DNA of 63,370 nt, the filler included, from Choristocarpus tenellus KU-1152 (Eukaryota; Protista; Phaeophyceae), in NCBI GenBank assembly GCA_964200185.2. It is 9 parts of 9 records of this genome, joined end to end, with 100 filler letters (N's around TTAATTAATTAA, not from the genome) between each part and the next. Parts side by side here need not be neighbours in the genome. Positions count along the whole stretch, not along the records: positions 12,932 to 21,325 come from CAXNAD020004764.1; positions 21,426 to 37,140 come from CAXNAD020000942.1; 7 more parts are not named here. One strand, given 5' to 3'. The position numbers and the translations under genes are program-made. Shown in pieces: positions 14,075 through 26,509 of the stretch. The first letter of the stretch is position 1; each line of letters begins with the position of its first letter. The notes under the pieces were generated by a model. That model made no database searches, was not told the origin of the DNA, and saw only the letters and a program-made list of their open reading frames with translations.

Positions 14075-14105
<31 letters not shown>

Positions 14106-17100
14106 GGGAGGAGGAGGATGAGGATGAGGATGAGGAAGAGGAGGAGGATGAGGGAGAGGAGGAGGGTGAGGGGGAGGTGGAGGAGAATGAGAATGAGGAA
14201 AAGAGTGATGGGATTGAAGATGAGGGGGGAGGAGATGATGATAGGGAGGAATATGAAGTGCCAATAGTACGGAAGAGGGGTAGGCCACGGAAAGACAGTG
14301 TCAAGGGAGGGGCATCTTCTTCTCCTAGAGCCAAGATGGGAGTGCGGCTGGAACCAGGAAGTGGTGTGGGGGAGGTGGGTAGTGATGGTGATGAGGTGAG
14401 TGAGAAGGGAATTGAAGTGTGGGGGAGTGTTTTGCTGGGGAGGGTGGGGTAACCTCTGATGGCTGTTGTAGTAAGATGAGTTGCAGCTACCTCTTTTGTC
14501 CTTGCAGCAATGCCTTTTTTTGTGAACCCTCTTTCTGTTGCCACTTTGTGTTTTGATACCTATGTACCTATGTATATACTCTGGAGGGTATTGATAATTT
14601 TAGCTTTGTATGCTTGTAGGTATATTTTGTTGCAATGTGTCCACCCTCACGAATCTTTGACCACCTTAGAGGTCAACCGTTGTTCCCCTGTTCTGGAGTA
14701 GTACTTGGAGATACTAATGAGGCATTACACATTTTCACCCTCCAACAATCTCCCTGCTCTATTGCAGGATGGCGTCTTGGGGAATGACAGAGACAAGGCT
14801 GCCAAGAAACGAGGCGGACCAAGGCGACAAGAAGGAGAGTCCAATAAGTTGAAGAAGACAAAGAAGATGAAGAAGGGCGGACTGAGCCTGGGGGAAGGAG
14901 GAAAAGGTCCCAAGTCCAACAAGATCCTGATTAGAGATGTCAGTGGGAAGAAGGGTATCTGCAAGGGACAAACTGGTGTTGTTTTGAGTGGTGGCAGTGG
15001 GAAGGGTAGTGATGGCCGTGGCGGTGTGAAGGTTTTGGGCAAGATCGCTGGGGGAGGGGCTGGGTTCAAGCGTGAGAAGGATGCAACTCATCCTGGCAGG
15101 GGCAAGCAGGTAAATGCATGCCGTTGATCTTCCACTGCTGTACACATGTGCCCTGGTGTACCTTGTTGAAGAGAGTGCCAAATGCAGTGCACTATGCAGT
15201 AACGCACAAAATACCAGAACATAGAATTTGACTCAGCATGCATAATGGAACAGCACACGATGTATCAAAGATGGTCATGGGATACAACAGCGCCCTTTTC
15301 ATTCCTTGATGCTAACCACCTTGTTCCAATCTAAAATCATTGATGCTAACTGCTGTACACTGTTTGGCGTTTGATCAAGTTGGTTTGTTAGTTTTCCTCA
15401 CATCATTGCCTCTAGCATCTTAGGAGTATGTTTCCTTTCCCCTTGTTGCTGTGGTCAGGTCAAGGTGAGAAAGGAAGGAAGTCGGCAGGATCAGAGAGAG
15501 GCTAGGAAGGTTGACAATGACAATGCCCGGTATGGATTGGAGATGGATGAGGACCCGGGAGATCAGGAAAGTGAGGATGAGGATATGGATACGGATGAAA
15601 AGCAGCGTGTTGAAGAGGGAGAGGGTCGAAAGGAACGACTGCTGCAGGGGAAGGTCAAGAAGAAGGGAAGAGGAGGAGGAGGAGGAGGAGGTCGTAAGCC
15701 ACCTGCAAAGACTGAGGTGTGTTTGCGAGGGGGGGGGTGCTTTTGTTTTGTTTTGTTGTGTTTTGTTGTGTTGTGTTGTGTGTGTTGTGTGTGTTTTGCT
15801 CCGTGCAGATGTATTTGGAGCTTAGTTCCTTCAAAGAGATGTGTTGGCTATGATGATAAGTTATGTTTGGTGAAAGAAAGGTCCTTTGTGTGACTGGTAA
15901 AGTCAAATAGAAGAGTAATATTAATATCATTAATAGGGTTAGGATTAGAATAATGTACAGTTTGAAGCAAAGGGGTGATCCATGTGGTGGAACAAGTGTG
16001 ACTCATTGTCAGATTCTGTGTTGGATGGCCATTTCCTTGTGGAAGGTGAGATACAGTGTCAGAGGTAGTAAGAGACCCTTTTGTGTGGATTGTTACGGGA
16101 ATGTTCAATGCATTGTGTGGGATTGTTCTCGTTGATATCCTGTCATATCAGTACTGTCATATCAGTACTGTCATATCAGTACTGTCATATCAGTACTTAC
16201 AATCATTGCAGTGGATAGTGCTCTACTGTTCATTGGTAGTAGGACAAAAGCACCCATCAGATGTATTCCATGTTTTTGACACACAGATTTATGCCTTGTT
16301 ATCCTACACCACCCCTTCCCCCCTCAAACCCAAGTGCTACCCCCCTGTTGTAGAATCTAGTGTAACCCTAACCCTATTCCTCATCCTTCGTGCTGCATGA
16401 CCAGGAGGAGGAGTCAAACAAGCCATCAAGAGGGGATGGAAGTGGGGAGGAAGGGGATGAGGGGGGAGGTGAGAGGGAGGAGGGAGAGGATGAGGATGAG
16501 GATGAGGATGAGGAGGGGGAACTGGAGGTGGTGAAAGTGGTCAAGGTGATGAAGGGGAAGGGTGCTGGCAGACCTCCTAAGAGTGATACCCAGAGGAGTA
16601 AGAACAAGGAGATGGATAAGAAGAAGATTGTTAAGAAGGGTGTGGATGATAAGAGAAGTGGTCTTGCTGTTCAGAAGACAAAGAAGGAGAGTAAGAAGAG
16701 GAAGAAGATTGGACAAGATACGCCAGATGGTCAGCATGTCAGGTTAGAGGACGGGAGCAAGGTTGATGAGGTTGGAGTGGAAGACATGGAAGAGGAGGGC
16801 GGGGAAGGGGAAGAAGGGGGGGAGGGGGAGGCTGCAGAGGAAGAGGAGGATGAAGGTGAGGAGGATGAAGATGAGGAAGAGGAAGGGGAGAAGGAGGAGC
16901 CTCTTAAGATCCACAAAATCTTGGCTAGGAGGAGGCAGACCCCTGCGGAGTGGTTTGAAATCTGCAAGGATATGAACACTGACCAGGTACTGTCATTGAC
17001 TTTGGTGAGGTGTGGCCTCTGTGATGATGTGAGAGTGGAACTGTCGTCTATTGGGACTGTGTGGGGGGATCAGGTGGAGTGATGTCCTGTGTTTGTGGTC

Positions 17101-20100
17101 ACTTTGATGGTGATTGGGTGCTCAGATGAGCAGACCTTTTCCCAGTTGGGATGCTTTACTTGTAGCTATCATGGGAAGGGGGATAAAAATGATTGAAGAC
17201 GGCATTCCAGACTTGCAGAGCGCATTCACAGGCCCTTTGGAAGTACCCTCGGCCTTCTCATGCATAGGGACCTGGTGATGCAAAAGGTCTTGCATGTTTC
17301 TTGTATCCAAAAATGTGTCAACTGTGAGTAACTTGTTCGGTGTATTGTGTCCCATCTAGTCAGGGTTAGGGCTACACTACAGTACAGAAGAGGACAACTT
17401 GATATTTATATATCTTGGTGCTAGTTTGTTTATTTGATGGTATAGTAGATCCACTGTTGAACTGTAAAGCACCGTTGGGTTAGGGTCAGGGTTAGGGTTG
17501 AGGAATGTACCTATCCCTATCCCTATCCCTAACCCTTACCGAGAGTTGAGCAATTTATATTGAGCGAGTTACACGAAACACACTTTCTTCTTTTTTTGCA
17601 GCAATAAAGCATTATAGCCGGTGTGTCATGAGAGCAACGAGGAAACATTCACTTTTCAAAATTACATGCTACTTTGTAATATAGTACTCGAAATGATCGC
17701 AATCAATCCTCACTGTATTCGAGAGCAGCATGTACAACCCTAGTACTTGTAACATAGTTGTCAGTCCTCAGCACTCCCAAGATGATCTTAATACAATAAT
17801 AATTTACATTACTGTTATTTCCGTTACAACTGTTGTCATGCCTCACTCAAAACACGCCTGGCCCCTCCAGGTGTCTCTGGGGTCCATGTGGCACCAGGAG
17901 GGTGACGACGCCATCAAGCATGGGGATGCCCCGAGGGATCGGTTCCTGATCAAGTGGCAGGGGCACAGCTACCTCCACATTTCCTGGGAGACAAAGGAGG
18001 ATCTCATCAACCTCATTGGAACATTTGCCAAGACGCAGGTACCCTACTTGTAGCCCTGCCATTTCTGGGGAATCTTTGGTGCTTTGTAAGTGGAAAACAT
18101 TGGTCTTCCACTGAAGAATGTTTGTTGATGATTCATCTTTTTTTTTTCTAATGGTTATAATTTTTAGTATTAATTTATAGTGCCCCGTCAATGTATTTTT
18201 TTGTTTTTCTATTCATCTTCTAGTGAAAAGTGTGTTGTTTTTGTTTGAGTCCCTACCTATTCCTCTTATGCATGTCTTTGTGTACTAACGTAGTATTTGT
18301 ATTAGTAATTTATTAGTGTTAATATGTTGATAGTATTATTATTGACAGTAATATACTAGTGCTAGTTTTACAATAGTATGATATATTACTATTGTTGACG
18401 TAACAATGATATCAATGCTGATATTAATGTAGTAGTCTTATGTTATGATGTGCTGGTGCAGTGGTGTAGAGCCTTCTTTTTGTGTGTGTCGGTCAGTTTA
18501 CAGTTAGCTGTTGATACCTCTAGGACATCTGCTCTTCAGCCCTCCATGGTTTGAACCTATTACTTTGACCATCAGTGCTCCTCTGGTGGATTAGGTGCTT
18601 CATTGCGTGTGTGTTGTGGCTTCATGATGATGATTGACTCTTGTGTGTGTGAATATTTGTCTTGATGTTGTCGATGTCTTTCCCCTCTGTCTTTTTGTCT
18701 GTTTTCCTTGTTGCATTGTGTTGTTCTGTGTTTGCCTCTCTGTGCAGATCAGAAGGTTCCGTGAGAAGGAAGTTGGGTATGCGCTGGAGGAGGAGCGGGG
18801 GGATGGGGAGTATTTTGATCCCAGCCTGGCAGAGATGGAGCGGGTCAGTCAATCAGTTGGTCCGGACTTAATGCTTTTGGACACAACCATATGACCACAT
18901 TTCCCCTCTTAGCAGCACTACTATTCTACACTATTCTATACTACACAACACTATATTCTTACAGTACACTATATTCTATTCTATTCTATACTTAAATATA
19001 CTATAATACACTGCATTATTCTATTAATATATTATAACCAGGTTTGGGGTTAGAGTGATTTGTATCAGTATGATCAAAGTTGAAGGGTTAGGGAAGGACC
19101 TATTGTGGGGAGGAGAAGAAGATGAAGATCAAGGGTAGAAGGGGCTGTGCTGATAATAGAGACAATCGAGATAGTAGAGATAATAGAGATAATAGAGATA
19201 TAGAGCTGATGCTAGGGTGGAGGAGGGACTGAAATGAGATAAGCCGATTTTGGTGGTGGTGGTGGTGGTTGTGGTGTTGGGTTAATTGGGCAAGAGGAGA
19301 AGAAGGATTAAAGTATGTCATGTTAGGAGTTTATGTATGAGACAATGGTGAGGGTTAGTGAAGAATGAGAGGTTCAATATTGAACGAAGGGGGGTAGTGA
19401 AGAACACTTTAGTGGGTTGTTGAGACTGGTGATGGTTCGTGCACACCTTTCATTCCTTTTGTAGGTTTTTGTTTAGGGTTAGAGTTGATTGTATATGTAG
19501 GGAGGACTGAAACAAGGGATTAATTCTTGATGGACTATACACATTTTAAAATAGTCAAATGGTGGATGTGGGTTAGGGTTAGGGGACAGACAACTAAGGT
19601 TGTTGAAGGGTAAGGGTTAAAATGACGTGGTGTTTTATCCCTAACCCCATGGCACTTGAGTGATGCTGTGTTGATTGTTTACAGTGTTTTGTAGCATTAA
19701 ATGCCATTAGATACTTGGTTGATGTCGAGGGGCAATAGAGCGCAGAATGTTGAATGTTGAATGTTGAATGTTGAATGTTGAATGTTGAATGTTGAATGTT
19801 GAATGTCAGAAGGGGGGTGTACTCTCTCTTTACTTCTCTGTGATTTTGATGTCTGCCTGTAACTGATCAGGTACCAGTTGTTTGTTCTCTTTCAGTCCCC
19901 CCATTCCCTTTCCCTGTATTATGGTATCTTGATCGCTGAACTCCTGGTTACCTCATCACTCCTGACATGTTACCTAACAATTAGTACCTAACAATTAGTA
20001 CCTAACAAATAGTACCTAACAAATAGTACCTAACAAAAACACCCCAAAAAGGTGCTGGATGTGGATGAGGTGAAAGGAGAGGACACACGCCTCTTGGTGA

Positions 20101-20788
20101 AGTGGCTTGGTCTACCCTACTCTGAATGTACCTATGAAAAGGTTACAGACTTGAATGCTGCTGGACAGGTATGGTGCAACTTGGGGATGTTGCTCAACTC
20201 ATTGGAATTAGGGAGGGACCTACTATGTGTTGCCTTTTTGGGAGGGGTGGGGAGAGGGGCTTGAGGAGGAGGTTATGAGGGTGGGATAGATTTGGTGCTA
20301 TAATAGGTTGAAATTGTCTAGTTTTATTGATGAGCTTGCTTCATGAGAATGTTGTGTGGTCGAGGTAGGTGGGAGAGAGGGATCTTTGAGATAAGGTAAG
20401 AGGACTTTTTTTAAAATAAACTGAAATTTCTGCTTTAGGTTTTTTACCATCATAATCATGTATTATTGTATTCATATTTTAAAAATTGTTTACATATATT
20501 TTATATACTGCGTGGATTTTTAGATTGATTGTGCTATTTTAAATTTTGTATTTCAGAATTAGCTGCAATTTTTTGTGATGAAGTGGTGAAATAGCAGTAT
20601 GCAGTAATACTGTAGGTCTGATGTAGGCCTGCATTGCCTTTCTGTCTGAACTGCATAGTCCACCTCAACTTCCTCCTCAACTGCTGGTCTTCTCCTGGTT
20701 ACCTCTACTCTTATTCACTGCATTATGATGGGTCCCCAGTCATACCTGAACTGGGATGTTACAAAAAGAAGTAGAAAGTAGAAATCAC

Positions 20789-20820
<32 letters not shown>

Positions 20821-21189
20821 TATTGCTTTAATGAACTACTATTATATTCATACAATAATGCTTTAATACTGTTTTTGACCATGTTTTTTAATTGCCAATT
20901 TAGTACAATTTAAGTGAAGTTTTGAAACTACCTCTTCAATGCTATTTTGATACCTTTTTAGTGCTGCTAGTGTACCACATTGCTGACAATGATTCTCTCC
21001 CTACCTTGTGACCCACATGACTTGAAGGAGTATGATGCAGCTATGGCAGAGTACCATCGGCGGGAGGATGTGACGGCACTCAAAGACCTACGACCTAAGC
21101 GGCACTGCACCAAGGACCCCCTTCCGGACCTCATCAAGGATCCTCCTCTGTTCAAGAATGGGGGGCAGTTACGGGACTATCAGACTGAG
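13178..21189 (+). CDS. CHD-family chromodomain helicase (CHD6-9/CHD7-like), 5' portion; exons ~13178-13328, 13902-14395, 14768-15109, 15459-15716, 16405-16986, 17871-18038, 18748-18843, 20052-20168, 21028-21189; 3' truncated by contig end
   Basis: Acidic and Lys-rich N-terminus with AT-hooks (GRGRPKG, RKRGRPRK, GAGRPPK). Chromodomain 1: KIHKILARR...FLIKWQGHSYLHISWET. Chromodomain 2: MERVLDV...LLVKWLGLPYSECTYE. SNF2 Q-motif: FKNGGQLRDYQ. GT-AG boundaries are in phase; the true start is uncertain. Confidence 0.9.
16141..16196. repeat. 14-bp minisatellite (TGTCATATCAGTAC)x4, intronic
   Basis: Direct inspection. Confidence 0.9.
19746..19805. repeat. 7-bp tandem repeat (GAATGTT)x~8-9, intronic
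   Basis: Direct inspection. Confidence 0.9.
19972..20037. repeat. 14-bp tandem repeat (TACCTAACAAWTAG)x~5 just upstream of the CHD exon at 20052
   Basis: Direct inspection. Confidence 0.9.
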
Positions 21190-22939
21190 GTGATTTTTGT
21201 GGGATGGGTGGTAGGGATTAAGAAGGCGTTGGTGCTCTGTTTGTACTGGATTTATAGATGTGGGGGGGGGGGGGGGATAGGTGTTAGAGGAGATTTGTGT
21301 GTGTGTGTGGGTGTGTGTGTGGGGGNNNNNNNNNNNNNNNNNNNNNNNNNNNNNNNNNNNNNNNNNNNNTTAATTAATTAANNNNNNNNNNNNNNNNNNN
21401 NNNNNNNNNNNNNNNNNNNNNNNNNCCGCAGATACTTTTGACCCTATGGAAGTCTGTGGTAGGGCTCCCTCCTACAGCAGTTCTTTGTAAGGTGCACATT
21501 GAGATACCGTGCAACTACTTCGTATGCCAAGAGTAGTTTGTATGATAAGCGATGCCCCGAAGGATGGCACCTCTGTGTTTGTGATGGGAAGCCCCTGTTG
21601 TAGTCCCATTCCCACCCACCCCCTGCGTAGTATAGAGTAGTAGGTTACTATTATTGTTATCAAAATGTTATTATTTTGCCTCCCCTTGCTAGAAGTTGAA
21701 GTCGCTGTTGAATGGTGACCCTTCTGGACCAATGGTGTGGTAACTTTTATTGCGCCTGATGTTTCTAGAATTAGATCTGTGGTGGGAGGGGTATTTTAAA
21801 GATCGTTTCTCTGCATGGACAAGAGGCCTAATTTCCATGTTTTTAGTTGAGCAAGTAGATGTGTTCTGTGTGTTTATTATAAGTGGAACCTATGTCCGCC
21901 CTTTGTTTGGAAAACAGCTTTGTTTTGCCAACTTTTTGTCCTTGTTAGGGTTGCTTGATGGAGGTGGCGTGTGAGCATGAATGGTTAAGACATTTGTAGC
22001 AAATGAGATCAGGAGAGTAGTATTTGCAGATCACTGGAAAACCTTTTAGCACACAAACACAAAGATGTGGCGAATACGTTTGAGGTGGGTGCTTGTGTTG
22101 GTTATGTTCATGTCATGACTCTGCTCACTGTTTCCAATGTAAAGGTTGGTATGTACCTACCTTTTTTTTGTATCATTGTTGTGTTGGGAACATTTGAGTG
22201 TTTTGTAATGATGGTTATATCGAAACTACCAATAACTATATAGATATAGATATAGGTATATAATATTCTGGAGTGTACGACTGTCAGGAAGTGAGTATGA
22301 TGGCTATGTTTTTTTTTTCTGCATCATGTGTGTTGTGGATGTTTGTACATTATTTCCAAAGGGAAAATCGTGGTTCTCATGTAATGATCAGGATGAAAGG
22401 TAAAATAATCCTACGTTTAAACATGAAGAGGTGATGACTTTTGATCCTTACACGTGGCAACCTACTGTAAATTTGTACAGGTGCAGCATGAAAATTGATA
22501 GTATATATGGGAAACTCCTACAACATCTAGTAATAATATTGTGCAAATTCTTTTTTTCTATAATCGCCTGCGTGTTGACTTGTTATTTTTATTACTGTGC
22601 CTACGATGAGGCTGTTATTTGTGGGACGAGGCAGCAAAGTACCTACAAACATATCTGATTTGTTTCAACCAAACCCCAGCGTCATAAGCACAGACAGCGG
22701 ACAGTTATTTTTATGTGACTTGTGTTTTGACTGTTTGCCCTTGCCTGATTAAAGTGCTCTTCTTACTCACCTTTTATTCTCCATTAGCGTGGTTACTGGT
22801 GTACATCCTCTGTTCGGAATTAAACGTAACATAACCCTTGCAAGCTCCTTTGTCGCCCAGGAACAACCCATGTGATAAACCCTCTGGACAATGCTTAGTT
22901 CTCATATAGATTGATTGGGAGGCGTGCAAAGTTTGATAT

Positions 22940-23070
22940 GGTGGATTGTCATGACTGTGGAGGATCACCAGTGCAAAGTGCACCAATTTGCATATGACGG
23001 AGTTCAAAAACCTTATGAAACATCAAAGCGGGTGTTCATTAGGATGCCTAGGATGAAGCCCCTCCGTTGT
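22940..23070 (+). mobile_element. Fragment of the same non-LTR retrotransposon family as 11776-12312
   Basis: AAAGCGGGTGTTCATTAGGATGCCTAGGATGAAGCCCC matches the reverse complement of ~12188-12226. Confidence 0.55.
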
Positions 23071-23452
23071 TTGAGCGGCTTGCTCATCCCGCCATCGCCC
23101 GTCAGTCCCAGTTTTTCAGCCCAGAAGTCTGTCCAGGGTCCAAAATTACCCCCCCCGACGAAGAACAGCCCGGGGGCACGGGATTCAGATGCCTTGGGGG
23201 ACGGCAGAGGCCATCGCGGAGGACTTTGGAATTACCCGAATCGCCGTGTTCCGTCACCTGAAGGAGTATGACAGCCAGATCGTACGGGGTGAATGTATGG
23301 ACATTGCGCGGGGTGGCAAGGGGTAATGAGGTCACCGTACAAGTATCCTTGACGTTTGGGATGTCCCATCACATCCTTCCGCAAATGGGCAGTCAAAGTT
23401 GGGGTATCCCTTGCCTCGTTGTGGGATCTGTAGATGCGCGAGAAGGTGAAGT

Positions 23453-24400
23453 ATGTTAAACGGTGGAGCCAGTCCTCTCAGACCAGCAGAAAGTCAACAG
23501 GGTGGGTTTGTCATCAGTCACACACACGGGAGGGTGGGAAGTGGGGTATTAGTGGATGATCTATATGACTGGGTGCATGCGGTTGGAAAACGGTTTTACA
23601 TCCTCAAAGATAGGCATGGTGTGTATCTGCACCCCTCTGAGGACTCCCCTAAATCCCCACGGGTACAGAATAATTGTTATATTACGAAGGTGATGTTCCT
23701 TCCAGCTGTGCCCTACCCTAGGAAGCTCTCCAATGGGATGTGGTTTGATGGGAAAATCGGGATCTGGCCAATTGTGTGGACACTAGGATCACTCAGCGCT
23801 CCAGTCAACACTGTCCCAATGGCAGCAAGGTGCTTGTGCCAGCCATATTGGACGGGGAGAGGTACAAGAAGTTCGTGATCGAGGATGTCATCCCAGCAAT
23901 CAAGGCCTGCATGGTTAGACCGGAAGGACACGCCATCTTCATGCAGCAGGACGGGGCAAAGGCACACACCAAGGGGAGAATTATGGAAGCTACTGAAGAG
24001 GTGGCAGGGGATGAATTGTCATAGAGACCCAGCCAGCCAACTTACCTGACCTCTTAACATCAATAACCTGGGATTCTTTAATTCCATCCAGCAACTGAAG
24101 GAAGATGTTGGGGTGACCAACACAGAGGACCTGGTGGAGACTACAATGGAGGCGTTCAGTGTGTACCCCCAGGAGACACTAGAGCACGTCTGGCAGAGCC
24201 TCTTCGTAGTCTACGGTGAAGTGCTGGGATTCAAGGGGGACAGCGTCTTCGAAATTCCCCATCTTAGCAAGGAAAAGACTGAGATGGCGGGCAAGCTCCT
24301 GCCGAATGCCCCGGTGGACAAAGCGTACTGCAATGGAGTTTTGAAGGGCTTCGGGGACAGAAACATAGGTGTAGGCTGCCCTATTTTGCTTGAGATTGTG
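23453..24400 (+). pseudogene. Tc1/mariner-superfamily transposase pseudogene (DD39D, plant/stramenopile-mariner type)
   Basis: Frameshifted segments ITKVMFL...WFDGKIGIWP, YKKFVIEDVIPAIK...QQDGAKAH, QPANLPDL (canonical QPPNSPDLN), LGFFNSIQ, LEHVWQSL...GDSVFEIPH. Confidence 0.88.
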
Positions 24401-26023
24401 GTGGGCAACCTTTATGTGTCTGCACAATGCACCCATAAAATATGAACATGTGAAAAAAGACCTTACTTGTTCATTGGGGCTAAAAACATTATGTTACATT
24501 TAATTCCGAACTGAGGAAGTACAGCGTGTGTATGTGTATATGTTGTATGTATGTATGTATTATGAAGTACCAAATAGTAGGTGTTATTTCAATCGGTTTA
24601 GAGACTCGTTCTTTGTCGTACATCCTTTGCTCTTGCTTTATCATTACTACCACTACTGATACTATTAATATCTCAAGTACTATTGGTAATTCCTCACCCA
24701 TACACTCCTTCTTCCTAACAATGAAACTGTATGCGTGCATGCATACATACATACATGTTTACATTCTGCATGTTGTGAATCTGGTGAATTCGATGATTGG
24801 CTGTGCACAATGAGATGCATCATTCTCATCCCCTTAACAAGACACCTGCTACATGTACTCCAGTATGTATCTACATTGTTTCTACGCGCCCTATCCTGTC
24901 ATTTTCTTCTTCTGATAAGAATTTATCAGCTAGAACTAACTTTCTTGGTCACTTTGCTTTCATCCATTAATAGTGCCACTACTACAGCCACTACTAGTTC
25001 TAGTACTATCTTCATAACCCTACAACTTGGTCAGTAGATATATATTGTAGTACAACATCCTTCCTTGTATCGATATATTCCCTTCTTGGGAACCCTTAGC
25101 CACAAAACAGTTATAAACATCTATTGCCGTAGAAACATATTTCTACATCATGCAATAAGGCACCATGAATTGGTTAACCCTATACTCTCTTAAACCCGTA
25201 CTTCTTAACCTTTTCCAAAAATCACACGTACCCTCAGATATAGAAAACGTGAGGTCATCTGTGTGACTATGACCGATCAAGTCTGAAGACTACGACACCA
25301 AGGAGTAGTTGAGTTTAACCTTGATACTGCCTTGTGCAGGGAACAGACGAGATCTACCGACTATGACCACGAGGAAATTGACACCTTGAGAGCAGAGGAG
25401 AATAATAATCAGGTTGTGTACATGGATGGCAACAGTGATGATGAACGAAACGATGATGCAGGTGGGGACAGTGGGGAAGGTGCAGGTCCTGGGGGTGAGA
25501 AGGAGACACATGTTCATGAGGGACAGAGGAAGAGTAAGTAAAGGTTCCTGTCAAGTGCAAGAGTATCATATATGCGTTCCTCCTTGCGGACAACTGACAC
25601 TTCATGGTTGGTCGTATTATTGTTATTGCACCGCCGCTAGTCATTCTTGACCCTCAAGGACAGGAGCTGGAGAGGGCTTGGGCAAGCCCTAACGATCAGG
25701 AAACGTGCTCCAAGCCCATGCACTGTATATTCCAATAGTATGCCTATGAACCCTTCACTCCAGACTACATGGTGCTCACACCCCAGCAGAGGACAGAGAA
25801 GGAAGGAGAAATAAATACCAAGATGGGTGGAAAAAAGAAGGCAGCCAAACCACAATGGAGGGTTGACCTTGGCACGAGCTGGGAGTGGAGCCAACTGTTG
25901 GTTGCAACTTGCGACAAACTCCGCAAACGGCTAACACCACCGGATATTTTGGAACTCCACAGCAACACACGGGAAGTCAAGGAGAAGAAGGAGCGTGCGT
26001 GACAACCTCAAATGGCCTCTGTT

Positions 26024-26282
26024 GAGTGAAAGTATCTTAGAGGGTACGAATTTTGTCCTGTTTGTTCATGTGGGGCTTGGCTTCCCATGGGTTTTTATTG
26101 ACATTTTTTACCTACTCCAGAATGTTTCGGAGTAGGTAAAATGTATACGTTATGAAAAGGAGTGTCCAGACAAGGATATTGACATCTCCTAACAAATATA
26201 TAGTCAAAATTACATCAAAATTGCATAATCGGATTTTGGTCCCCAAATGGACGCGACTGTACCCTCTAAGATACTTTGACCC
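26024..26282. mobile_element. MITE family B, 259 bp, TIR GRGTSAAAGTATCTTAGAGGGTAC, 4-bp TSD TGTT
   Basis: Near-perfect ~24-bp TIRs, TGTT on both flanks, internal hairpin TTTACCTACTCC/GGAGTAGGTAAA; five more copies in the window. Confidence 0.88.
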
Positions 26283-26327
26283 TGTTGTATCTACTACTAC
26301 TTGAACCAATACAAATACTACTCTAAT

Positions 26328-26509
26328 GACCCAAAGTATCTGAGGGGGGCAGGGGGGGTCTACACCAGCATGTCCATTTGAGCCATGACCAGGAAAAGTG
26401 CACTTACATTATCCATCCGACGTATGCAACCAAATCACACAAAAATTGAGACATGAAAAAATTTACCTTAAACGGAGAGTCGCCAACCCCCCCCCAGATA
26501 TTTCGAGCC
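26328..26509. mobile_element. MITE family A, 182 bp, TIR GRCYCAAAGTATCT + G-tract, AAT on both flanks
   Basis: Colinear with 42972-43151. Confidence 0.88.

Noticed and set aside
13911-14544. Poly-Pro, poly-Ser and poly-Arg ORFs (also 16374-16979)
   Set aside because: Shadow frames of the GAG-rich acidic CHD exons.
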